Source of the DNA: Ylistrum balloti
Taxonomy: Eukaryota
Assembly: GCF_031769215.1 (NCBI RefSeq)
Contig: NW_026782060.1
Span: 248,001 to 312,000 of the forward strand
Length of the DNA stretch: 64,000 bases
Direction: 5' to 3'
Under the pieces are notes generated by a model. The model did not search any database. It saw only the letters and a program-made list of their open reading frames with translations, and had not been told where the DNA came from. Shown one piece after another: positions 24,960 through 37,900 of the stretch. The position numbers and the translations under genes were made by a program. The stretch's first letter is position 1, and every line of letters begins with the position of its first letter.

Positions 24960-27900
24960 ATGGCCGACATGGGGAACTTTTGGGAAGGTACGCACTTATG
25001 TCACAAAGTTTATTTTGATTTTTAGTATTATCAAGACTCGCCATTGCGATATAAATGGTTACATAGGTTTCTTATGTCGTGATGTTTGTTTATGTCGATA
25101 AATTAGTAGTTTTTTTCAACGTTAAACAAAATAAAAACAAATTATCACCTCACTGATGTCATTGACCGTCAAGATTTGACGCAGAAATAACGAAAACAAA
25201 ACTAAACACTGCTTTGAGAATGTACAGTGTCACGTTTATATTCTACATGTCTTGACAATAAATGATAGAATGTGAGTGAAATCTTTACTCGAGCATCCAG
25301 CTGAGATCAAATATAAGATTCTATTTCTTGAGTACCATCAACATGATTAGGATAATGCAATATGAACGGAGGAGGTGTTGGTATTTGGTGTAACAATGAG
25401 ATATGGATGAAACACGTACACTTCTCGTTGATAGATCCACAGATAATCTGGTCTGAGATCCACAGATAGTCAGGCCAGAGACGTGTTCAATTCCTATCGG
25501 GAAACTTGTCAGGGATGTGTTTTCCCTGTTCTTTCAAAGAACCTTCTATAGTTTATACAGAACTGCGTCTATATAAATCATCAGTGCAAATTGATTCTTT
25601 AAAACAGACAATGGCATTACAACAGGCTTCCAAATAAAACAAACATCATTAGATAAGAAATTTTATGAGTATCAGTCAATACCTGGTTGTCCTGATGACT
25701 GGATAAAATTGATTGATTACACACATGGAATGTACCATTGATTGCATTGATTGATTAATTGGTTTAAATAAGTATATGTAGTTTTCTCTTTCCCTTTGAC
25801 AAATTGATATGAATTGATACATTGGTCGTGTTAGAGATACTGGGTATTTAATTTCAACTGAAAGTTGAAAATGTATACATTGTTAATTATCAAATGGGAA
25901 TGGCCAGCTTTTATATTCCCCATCAATTGAAGGGAAGGAGACATATTGTTTAAGTACTGGTTCTTCTGGTTCAGGTTCTTCTTCTGGTTCTTCTTATAAT
26001 TTTCTGTCTTGGCAATAACTTTTAAACAGTTAAATTTATCTTCATGAAAGTTGCTCTACACCTTTGTCACCTAAAGCCTATGTGCAATGCACTGTTGTTA
26101 GGCCACTGTGACCTTGACCTGAAAGTCAAAGGTCAAATAAGTGTGAATATTTCAATAAATGCTTGTCTGAATGATAACATTTAAACTGTTAAAGAAATCT
26201 TATTGAAAGTTGGTGTAAGCCTTTACCACTTAATGCCGATGTGCAGTACACTGCTGTTAAGTCACTATGACCTTCATCTCAGTGTTAAAGGCCAAAAGAT
26301 ATATTCCAGGCATTACCCAATTTGGAGCTTTGTTGAACTCCAGCAAAAATACAATTTTCTGTAGATACATCCATGGTTATTGAAACAGGATATGTCAAAA
26401 CACCTGTTCATCAAATATGTACAAAATGTGATAGATATTTGATATTCTGCTGTCTCTTAGTATTGTGCTATTTATTACCTGATTCTGATGAAGAAGCATA
26501 CTGTAATTGTATGTACAATAAACACTTGTATATGATAGCTACAAAAACATTAACTAATAACGATAACTCAATTTCAAATTGAATTAATGATTGAGAAGAG
26601 AAGTTTTATTTCTTGCATACCCATCCTTCTACTAAAGCAGCAAATATACATATTTACACAGAAGTGGAGACATAAGATGTTTTTGTTCACCATAACAAAT
26701 CTCTGTATAATTTGAGCAAATTGGTTATTAATGGATATTTGACCAAAAAAATCTCATTGTTTGAGAATATCTCTTCTCGTCAACAACCGACTACTGATTT
26801 CCAGTAGTTTATTTCTGACATCAGCCTACACAATATACATATAAGACAGTGTCATACATATAGTGTATATTGTAAAGGTTAGATAATTACCTATTCATCT
26901 CAAAGATTTAACTTCATTGATTTTCAAAAAGATGAACAAATAACTAAAAATTGTTATTTGTTACCCATTGTGTTCCTGTTCTACATGTACATTTTTATGT
27001 TTTTATTGCAGATCTTCGTAAGCAGGCTCGGCAATTGGAAAATGAAATTGATTTGAAATTAGTTTCATTCAGCAAATTAGGGACTAATTACTCTTCTCAC
27101 AAAGAATTTGGAAGGTAATTTTGTTAAGCACTATATCGTTTTATATTTATATACTGTAATATATGGAGTAAGATTGTGCATAATGAGAATGCTCTCACTG
27201 TTTTAAAGTTGACTTTGGAAGCAATTTTAGTAAATCTAATTTAGAATTTTTATCTACTAGTTAGATAAACCTGTAAGGGTACATACTGAGCAAATTAAAA
27301 TTGTTTCCTGTCATTACTTGTCCATTTAAGGAAACAGAATACTTTGTTAATTTTACATGCATTATTCTTGCAAGAAGTTTGTATACGATTTGCTTTTTAA
27401 TTTTCTCACAGTTGTGGTATGTACTATGATCTGTTATGATTATTTGAAACTGATAGAGAGCTACTAACTATATCTTAAGTCAACAAGTAGAAAACATTTG
27501 ACTTATTAAATTGAACACATCGAAATACATTGTAATTGATAAAATCCATGAAACAGACATAAAACTGAAAGTACAGCTTCTCCCCAGAAAAAAGAAAAAT
27601 ATTTTTTTATTATTAATGGTTAATTAAATGTCTTTATTGAAAAATGTGAAATGTTGTCATAAGGTTGTACTTTGTCACTGAGAAGATATATTTAATCAAT
27701 GCCAATGTGTGTGTTTGGATTTTTTATCACGGTTGAATTTATGACATATCTATTAGCAACGTTTAGATCTAATAGAATGAATATATATAAAGTCAATAGA
27801 TTTACATTTTTTTTTATATTAATGATTTGTGGTTTTTTGGCTGATATATAAACTAATGTTAGATTTTCTTACTTCACTTAAACTTTGTATTAAACCTGAA

Positions 27901-30900
27901 ATAATTGAATTAGTTCATTTTGTTTATTTCTTTAATCAATAAGAGGTAAGAAAATGATTGACATTAATTTTAATGAGTCATTGAGGGAAGAATAAGATAA
28001 TAGAGAAAACACACACCAGAAAAAAAGCATGCAAGGTAAAATATAAGATGTGTCATACTAGTAATTACATAAATGTAGGTTAAATACTCTGTTTGTTATT
28101 TGACAAGCGTGCCTGGTGAAGGAACTCAGACTCAGAGGTAGGATTTCTGTTACCAGGGAATGTCTTCATGGTCTTTCCATATACAGTGAAGAAACATCAG
28201 ACCTTAATATTATCTTTGCTTGCCTCCAGTCAGTTACTGTTTTGTTTTATGTTGGTGTCAAAATGTGGTGTTGGAAGTTAAAAGATAAAGAAAATGTAAT
28301 GTAATTGAGAGCAGTTACAGATATATGTGAAATGTTGAAAGGACAAAGAAAATACCCAATTTCTTTTTGGCAGGGTGTGATTTTTGCTTATATCATCAGT
28401 AGATTGCATAGCATACATTGAACTTGGGTATTTTGAGGAAAACATGATAATTTAGTCCTTGGAGATATTCAGTGACAAAGATAAGACATTGTGGAAACCA
28501 GTTATGACATCAAATGGCAAAATTTGTATGTGACGAAAGTATATATTTCATGTTGATATAGTGCATAAATGCTTGAATGTTGTCCCATTTTGGTCTGAAA
28601 CATGCTGAATTGTAATCAACTGTTTAAGAAGTTGGTTTCAGTCACCTAGGGGTGAGAGAGGCAGAAAAGTACGGAAAATGCTTTAAAATCCTTCTAGATG
28701 AATTTCTGAATATAGTTCCAGTTTAGTTTGAAGCATGCTTGGGTGTAGGAGAACCACTCCTGATTTTGGCTGAAGCATACCTGATTGAAAGGAGTCTCAT
28801 TTAGTATCATTCAGGGGTCTGGCACCAGAGATGTGGGGCCCAATAAGTGAAATGAGAGTTCTTAAAAATCTTTCCCTACAGAGATATTGTTTGATTTGGC
28901 TTGGAAGCAATTTTTAGGAATGGTGAATCTGACTTCTGTTTGACCACAAGGACAGGACCCACTAGGGAAATTATTTCAGAAATTATTTGTCGTATTTGAA
29001 ATTCTTTGTTAAATGACTGAATAGCTGCATTAGTCAGATGAGCAATGCAGGCCCCTTAGGCCTCATGTTTTTCTTTTTCATAATCAATGAACTTAATTGT
29101 CAGATAGTTCAGTTGAACATTTGTAAACTTACAGAAATTTTGAAATGATGATTTTGAAAATTTTAATTGATTCCAACCAATGTGTTGATATGATTTATGG
29201 AACCTTCATAAAGGCAGTGTTTATATACTATCTTTATGTAAATAATACCAAATCTAGGTGTACCTTAAAACCCCAATATACGTATCATTTTGATTCAGAA
29301 AGTTTCTTAGAAAATTTCCACTCCCTACTTATTTTTAAGCTGAGTGGTACCTGTAAAGAAACATGTTCCTGGGATATCAAAATAAAGATTTATAAGAGTG
29401 GGTCCCAATAAGAAACGAAACAAATGTCATACAAAGTTCAGAAAGACTGCCGCAAGAAAAGTACAGGGTGACTCTGCATACTGTAATGAACATGTGTATT
29501 AGGGGAATTTACAGGTAAAATGCAATGTTGCACATGCTACACACTTTTATGATGTCGTATCTGAGCTAGATGGAAGTGTTAAGTCGTTTAATGGCTCTCT
29601 TTGTAGTCTAAATAAGGTGTATACATGTTTATTGTAAATGCCAATCTCGCATCACGACATGTTAAGGATTTTCCTACTTTTGGTTTGACAATATTTGTTA
29701 AAATAGACATAGAGTTGATTTTAACACCTTTTATATTAATACAAACATACAATATGTTCTTGAGAATTTCTCATGAATGTTGATTTTAATTATATCAATA
29801 TAAATAGATTATTTTTTTCTCTTTGATTTCTGAGGTAAAGCTATGTAGATTGGTGTTTTAAGCTGTCACTAAGTTAATCACGTATAACCTTGATGGTCTA
29901 GAGATTTTTAGGTCACCTGAGTCTCATGGTGACCTATTCTAATCACCTTCATCTGGTGTTGTGTGCAGTGCATCCGTAAACAATTTAACATTTTCTACTT
30001 CTTCTCAAAAATCCCTGGTTCGATTTCATTGAAATTTTGCAGAAACCTTCCTTGGCATGAATTGTACAGTTTCCATCCCCCTGGGGTGTGCTGGGCAGGG
30101 CCAAAAGAGGTCAGATGTGGCTCCTATTTCAAAAATCTTCTTCTCAATACCCAGATATTGTAGATTCAAATACTTCCATGAATGGAAGCAACTTATGGTG
30201 CTTTACCAAAATTGTGAATTTCATGGCCCCAGGATCTCACATTTCCCAGTGGGAAGTTGGTAAAGTTTACTGTAGTCATATAGGAAAACTAGATTTTTGA
30301 GCATAATTTGTTTAATTTCCGTTGGAAATACAGTATTTCAAACTTGGTTAGAATTATGAGCGAAGGATGACAGCTTATTGGTACGCCCATATTTTAATCC
30401 TGATTGACCCCAAGGGGCTGATGGGCGGGGCCAAAAAGGGTCAAATTCCATTTTTGAGCTTAACATTGGTTATTTCCCACTGAAAATCGATTTATAAGAA
30501 TTATCAGTATAGGATGACAGTTTTGATGGAATACATGTATTGACACTGTCTATATTCAGTGTCACAATTTCTGTTTCATGATACCTGATAACTATCCTTT
30601 AACATTGATATTCAATATTGCTTATCTCAGGTGACCATCAAGACTGCGAGGCCTCTTGTATATAATAAACTGGTGTAAAAAAGATTGATGCCTTGATTGT
30701 GGTAACTTATATTGCGAAGGTGTTACAATATTCTACATCAAATACACTTTCCTTTTAACTTTTGAAGACATACATGTATTAAAAACACCTGTACGTAATA
30801 TTTGTTTATCATTCACTGTATCATTGCTCAGGTATAGCAAATAGTAAACAAGCTATTAATCACCTTCCTTTAAGAATCCTTACATAATGTAATATATACT

Positions 30901-33900
30901 TAATATACCTAGTGAAATCTGTCTGACAGAAAAACCAGATTTAACATCTCTGACTTATGAATATGTTCATTAAAATACCATGAATAATTTCTGTGTTTAA
31001 AAAATCCCATAGATGGTTGATACACAGACAATTTTAATGTCGGAAGTACATTTATTACACCTCCAAAAATAGTTTTCATATTCAGTAACACAAGGACTAG
31101 ACACGTATTCCTAACCATATCTTTACATAGTATTATAGTATTGACTATAATTCATATATATGGATTGTTGGTTGGGAATTGGTGTCAAGTCCCTGTGCTC
31201 TGTAAATATAACTAAAAAGCATATTGCTTTGATGAGGAACTAGGATAAAGCAATCCGACTTCAATAAGGTCGTGATATTAGGAACGATCAGTATATTCTC
31301 TATATGAATTATGCAATTTTCCAGGTGCATGTGAATACAAAGAATTAAAAAAGCCATGTTTGTTCAAGATTTTGTGACATTTATACAAACAATATTATGC
31401 TTTTGTTCTTGTCTGCATGTAATGATGTATGCATTCAGCGCATGTTTCGGGTTTGTCGATTTGATATCAAGCTTTGTAGATTTCTGAATCATAATTATAA
31501 TAGGTTTCCCCTATTGTACTGAATGAACTTATTGAAGGTGTCACACTAGTAATATGGACAATGACGTAAGATATGAATTGAAAGAGATGCAATAAAATGG
31601 CCACCTCCATTTGATTTTGTCATCCTCATTTTGACTTTTAAATCTTGTCATGTGATAAAAAGTTATTTGTTGTCATTTTCTTCGAGACATATATTTTAAA
31701 ATTAGTCCTGAAGTTGTAATTTTTATTTTCCAAGACTTACAAAAATAATAGTTTCTAAGATTAATTTCATTTAAATCTTGTATGGAATGAAAAGTCATTT
31801 AAGATCTCATATTTCGGGAAATATCATTTTAGCTGTCCTTTTATGTGTTCTTACAGACTCGTAATCCTTAAATGTTCGGTTGATATGATGTTTTTCACAA
31901 TGTAGAAACAAATTACGGTGAGAAAATTCACTTCAGCGATTGGTATCAAGAGATATTTTATCCCATCTCTATTGTTTAAAAGAGCATTATTATCTAACCT
32001 CATTACAAATTAAGGAATAGTTGTGAAACAGTTTCATCAAATACATCTGATATTCAAAATTTCATTCAGGAGACGGAATGTCAACCAATACCAGGGAACA
32101 GAGCTAGACTAAGCTATAAACAGTGTAAGCCAATCAGGGTGGCAGTAAATAACTGGTAGAATATTAACCAACTCATTGTTTAAAAGACTCGACAATGTTC
32201 TCACTTAGGTTTGAAATAGATCGTTGGTCTTCAGAGATGGCTGACTGAATCCCAATTTGTTGATACATTGATCAATTCTGATATTACAAGAAAAAAGATG
32301 ATCACTGGAAAAACCAAGAACTTTTCTTTAATGATAAAGCAACAATCCAGAATTAGATATCAAGTCCAGTACCGGATATATGTATTTTATCATGTATTCC
32401 TACTGTATTGTAATGAGTCTGGTATAGAGGACTAAGACAAGTCCTGAACCAGAAATAAACTTATCATACTTGTCTTAACTTATCTTATCATAATTTATTA
32501 TTTCATTTCAGTGAATCTGCACCGCTAATCAATAAAACAAGTAGTGAACATATGTTTGAAACCATGGCAATGGAAATTGAACAGCTGGTATCTAAGGTAA
32601 GATATACAGAGTTTTATATATTTTATATATTGCTATAACTGCTAACTAGTGGCATTTTAACTATTTATTTGATATTGTATAATTATTTGATATCTACTAA
32701 TATACATTGCTGTGATTGTAAAACTTTAAAGCACTTTAAGTGAAATAAGATAATAGCTGAAATATATGTGCTTGTGTTTACAATGTATTATTCCACATCA
32801 TATGTGATGCGTTTAAGGAATGGCATTACAAGATAGAAATAAGTTTCTACATAATAACTTTTGCCTATTTTTAGTATTCATCTCACCAATAGTCATTGGT
32901 GTTTCAAATAACAGCTTCCGATCAATTAAAGACTTAGTTGAAAATACAGTTTTTGTGAAATTCTAAAAAAATTTATATATGATTTCATGGTGAAGCTTCA
33001 AGAGGTGAATGACCGAATGGCAGATTACACACAGAATATCAGTATGAGTTCACCAAGTGCAGCGCTATTACATACACTACAGCGACACAGAGACATACTG
33101 CAGGACTACACACATGAATTCCAGAAAACCAAAGCCAACATTACAGCAATCCGTGAACGTGAGGACCTCATGGGATCTGTACAAAGGGACATCAGGTAAC
33201 TCTCTAAAAACTGGTGGTCTGAGAAATAGTATCATCATGGTTCTTGTTGCCAAATTTCATAGGACACTAGTATTTTTCTGATACAATTAGTTAAATACTC
33301 ATTTAATATGATTGTGTGGTCAAGGTATCAAAGAAAAGTCATTGGCTCTAAACAGCTGAAAGTTTTTAACATCGGTCTAATGATTCAGTGTGATTAGGTG
33401 AGGCAATGGTTACATACTTGCCTTTCATCTAGGTGACTAGTGGCATGTGGAAAGGAAAGGGGTCACTGTCAGACCCTGTGGGTCCCTAGGGCTAGCCCAG
33501 TTTATTTCCTGCCACAGTATGGCATCTAGTCCAAATTATTCTGACATTCCATCAACCTTTTCATATTTGGTTTGGAGTCAATGTTCATTAATCCTGACTG
33601 ATGCAAATGAAAAGTGACTAAAACATCAGTGTAATTTGGACTATGTGTACATGGGGTCTTGCTTGCTTTAATCTTAGTCAGTTAGTGATTGCTACAAGAT
33701 AATAGCATGTTTGGCCATTGTTGTAAAATAAAGTTCATAATGATTGAGAAGTGAACTCTGTTTGATTGTTGATGATAATATGTTTTATACAGGTGTACAG
33801 AGCATACTACCAATAATTATTTGCCTTCTTATATATTTTAAGTATATCATTTTAGATCTATTCAGTATGTAGTACAATGGTTTTGCTTCAATCTAGTATC

Positions 33901-34909
33901 CTTACAGAATCCATTGCCAGCATTTATTGTTAAATCTTCATCTATTTACAGTGCATATAAAAATTCCTCTGGTTTGAACAGAAGATCAGAATTATATCTC
34001 AAAGAGCATGACCACATACGAAAGTAAGTAGAAGTTTTGATTCCTGTACCATATTTTTTCTCTCTGTGTATCATGGTTTGAAAATATTTCTGTTTCAATT
34101 ATACAAAATATGATGATATTAAATCTTAAGACAGCCACTTATATCCATGATTTATTCAAATAAAATTACTATGTATTGAAACTTATATAAGGAGTGAAGC
34201 GTGTCTATCATCGTTTGCTCAGATCATGATGGATGAACAAAAAATAAATAAATGAATAAATAAATAAACGAGATCACAATAACTGAAATACATTGTAATA
34301 CTACTTATCATTTCTTTAACTTTTCAGCTCAGAGAGGATGATAGATGAACAAATCAGTGTAGCAATGATGACAAAAGACAATATGGAATCACAGAAGAAA
34401 ATGTTGTCAAGTATTTCACAAAGAATGAATTCAGTAGCAAGTATCCTTTTTACAAGCAAACCTAGACATTTTTTATGGCATTCATGGTATTGAAAGAACG
34501 AAACGTTTTAATATTCAAAAATCTTGTTTTGTGCTTAAAACCATTGTAGATAATTGATTCTTTTGCTATATAAAGTTCTTCATAGAAATTATCAGTTGAT
34601 AATGGTGTTGTATGTAATGTAATTTCTGTAAATAAAAAATTTTGTTCATGTATGAAATAAACAGGACACATAAAATTCGACAAATATTTTGTAGGTGTTA
34701 AAGGTTATAGAATCATGTACATGATATATCTGTAATCAGACTCCATCAGACAGAGTAATAATTGATGCCTTAACCTACAATCAGATCGTTTTCCATTGAT
34801 AAATTCGTTGATGCAGAAAGTAAACCTACGTAAGAGAAGAGATACTATAATCATAGCTAGTGTTATAGCTACATGTACAATAGTGTTATTACTGTATGCT
34901 TTTCATTAA
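24960..34909 (+). CDS. GOSR1: Golgi SNAP receptor complex member 1 (GS28), 241 aa. Exons 24960-24987, 27012-27114, 32512-32596, 32996-33195, 33952-34023, 34328-34440, 34785-34909
   Basis: MADMGNFWEDLRKQARQLENEIDLKLVSFSKLG...HMFETMAMEIEQL...LLHTLQRHRDILQDYTHEFQKTKAN...NRFPLINSLMQKVNLRKRRDTIIIASVIATCTIVLLLYAFH*. C-terminal tail anchor; 726 nt in frame. Confidence 0.97.
25960..26330. mobile_element. Non-autonomous interspersed element with about 2 internal ~160-bp subrepeats (Helentron/HINE-like) in GOSR1 intron 1
   Basis: Repeated gataacwttwaaac..tgaaagttg..gtgcartrcactg..cactrtgacctt modules at about 26015 and about 26175, plus a tgaccttgacct motif. Confidence 0.5.
28450..29072 (+). mobile_element. 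Degenerate HINE/Helentron-like element in GOSR1 intron 2 (5' boundary approximate)
   Basis: The 3' end cagatgagcaatgc-aggcc-cctta-ggcct-catgtttt is a subterminal-IR remnant plus a short hairpin and T-run, the same architecture as 29905-30660. Confidence 0.45.
29905..30660 (+). mobile_element. Helentron-associated non-autonomous element (HINE/DINE-1-like)
   Basis: 5' ttttt-aggtcacc-tgagtctcat-ggtgacct hairpin, and a 3' subterminal inverted repeat ctcaggtgacc (30626-30636) followed by gaggcctcttgt. T-rich insertion context. Confidence 0.75.
34441..34784 (+). other. U12-type (minor spliceosome) GT-AG intron, last intron of GOSR1
   Basis: Donor GTATCCTTTT at 34441; branch site CCTTAAC at 34768-34774, 10 nt before the exon; no polypyrimidine tract. 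Confidence 0.9.
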
Positions 34910-37900
34910 GTGATTGTTACCATGGTGAATTGAAGTTCCATGGAAGATATTTCTGTTTCGGTCATGTGGACCATGTGGTCATGTTATTAGTCAAGGAGAT
35001 AGCAGATGTGAGGAACTTGAAGAGGACACATGGATTAACTTTTAATGGCAAATTTACGTTACTGACAATTTGTGAATGTGTAATTGTTTGGGAGACTGAA
35101 AAGGATGTAATGATGAAGGGCTTTTTTTCACGGTTTCCTAGAATGATATAGATTTGAAAATGTTAGATACCTTGTTCATCAGATGAAGAAATATAATGAC
35201 AATCCACGTAATAATTTCTTTATTATATACACCCCTTTTCCTCTCAAACCATTGGTGAAACAGTAAAAATTCTAACTCTAGAAAAACCAACTGATACATT
35301 ATTCACAAACTAACAAATCCTAGCCAGTTTTATGCCCCACGGAACTAGAGAATACGGTTAGTAGTAACGATTATGAATAAAATCCAAATCTCCAAATTGT
35401 GACAACAAAAGTGAAAGCTACTCCACAAACAGCAGTCACCTACCCACTTGATATTGTATGTCAACCATAAATGGGTTTTATACCAACCTGGTGAAATCGG
35501 GAAAAGTGTTGTAGTAACCTTGTATTTATTGCTTTACCTAGAATAGTAAAAATTTGTTCTAGAAGTTTAAACAATCAAAGTTATTTTTAGTTGTAGCCTC
35601 AAATGTTATCTGAATATGTGAATATGTAATGCATGTTAATGAAATGAATTTTAGGCCTTTTTTGTGTGTGTTTTTAAAAGAATCTTTTGGTTATGCAGAT
35701 ATGACTCTGGTACAGTGAGTTAATTCTTCACATTAAACAAGGTATTAGTTAGAAGTAAAATCTCTGTACATTGTAATCTAGCCGTATAACAGTACCATAC
35801 TTTTGTATTTTTACATGTTAAGTACATCATATGTATAACTGTGCGATACCTAATACATTTCTAACCACTAGTTTACAGTACAGAACAAAGCCCAGCCAAG
35901 GGGTGGGGAGATAAGTTTCACAGTCAATTTGGAGATGTCTTCTGTTTCTGTCAGTACAATAGTACTATGTGAATATTGTATGGTTGTTGGTGTAAATATC
36001 GGAGGAAGAGTTCTATTTTTTTCCTTATTTATGATTTTATATTGAAATGAATTATGTTTTCAAAATTAATAAGTAATTTATATAAATCTTCATGTTAACA
36101 GTGTGCATGGTTTCCATTATTCAAACAGATGTAAGATACCAGGTGTATATATGAATCATTTCATTTAAATCATATATATTTGACAAATTGTTCTGTCTCT
36201 AAATAATTCTTAAAATGGACATCTTTTGAAAATTTCCGGTGACTTAAAACCATTTGAGTGAAGAATAACATTTATTCATTTTCTTTTTACCATGACATTG
36301 ATAAATTCTTTTTTTTTTTTTTTTTTTTTTAACCTTGGGAGGAAAAGTGAGTAAAACGTAAATATCAGTTGTAGTATTCAGCTTAGATGTAAAAATGAAG
36401 GGAGGTTTTCCACAACACTCAACCAACTACGATGTAGTTGGACCAAGGCCTTAGATGTTGAGTCTGATCCTTGTGTAGTAAATATATATGGTAAAATAAT
36501 GGGGATGTGTGATGTATTGATAACTTATAACTTGCAGTACAGATGTTTTATCACTATATAGTAGTCTGTGTAGTTAAACAATATAAGACTTTCAAATGAT
36601 AGGAGCAGAAAGCAAAAGTATGTGCTGTGCACTAAACTTTGTCTTTCATCGTAAAATCTGTGTATATTTGCTGTTATAAATATTATGTGATACACAGGTG
36701 GTGATCACACAAAGTAACTGATGCACATCAGCATAATGTACTTTTTTGTGGGCACCTGTCCCAGATGCAAACTTTTAATATTCTTTTGATAGAAATAGTT
36801 CATTACCTGTATAAAGACAAACACAAGATAGTGCTTTAAAGATTTTAATTTTTTAAAACAAACTTTCAATTTCAGCTTGATGTTACTTTGTTGGAATTGA
36901 TATTTTACATGTATGACAGATAAAATAGTTATCACATTTTTAACGATTTTTTTCTGCAGTAGCAAGGACAGAAGCAAAGTTTCAAGTTTCAGCCTCTTTG
37001 CCTTTAAGTTAGTTTTCATATCAGATTCTTTCCTAAAAAGGTGTTATGTGACACAGATTGCATGACAAGACCATCATCAGTGATATACCTGGTAATCATA
37101 CTGTTCGAAAATAATGAGAAGTCTGTGTCAAAGTCCTTGGCCGAGAATATTTGTTTTAGGAAAATCTGTTGTGGTTTGCTTACCTTCATTGGAAAGTAGT
37201 TAGTCATTATATACTCATGTTCTGTACACTGATTAAACCCATATCATATTAGTTTTATACTACCCGTAAAAATTATCACCTAGTGGTGGAAATTACTGGG
37301 GATAAATGAGCGTGATTATATTGGGGAAATATGATTGAATTTTAAAGTAAAGACGGGGCCTGTAGAACTGTTTTATCATAATTAATGTTTGAAATATTTC
37401 GGAAGTCAGAAGCAGTAATAGGGAACTTTGGTGTATTCTAGCACTTGTTACTTAGAGCCACAAGTGTCCACTGTAAGGTCTACATGTAATAAATGATGTG
37501 TGAGTTTGATGCATGATTGGATGATATGTGCTGTTGTTTTCATTCCTGTTTCGGCATCAGATGTAGGTAAAGTTGTATGCTATTGGCGTGGTAATGTGTT
37601 GAATGTGCTTTTGGCTGAAATATCCTTTAAAAAGTATGACTGCCATTTTTTGTGTAAATTTAAAGATGAATATCAAACAGGAATGTGATTCATGTGATGT
37701 TTTAACAGAGAAATATTTGTTGATGTAGTTTCTAAAGGCTGCCTAGAATGTTGGGAAAAGAAATGTCTGATTTCGTTGCTGAAGAAAAAAAAACAATATA
37801 CTCACCTACATATCCGTAGTAGATTGTTTCCCAGTATGCTTGGTTCAGTAGCTTTTAACAAAGACTTGCTGTATGTCATTGTCAGACTCGCGGTGTCTTT

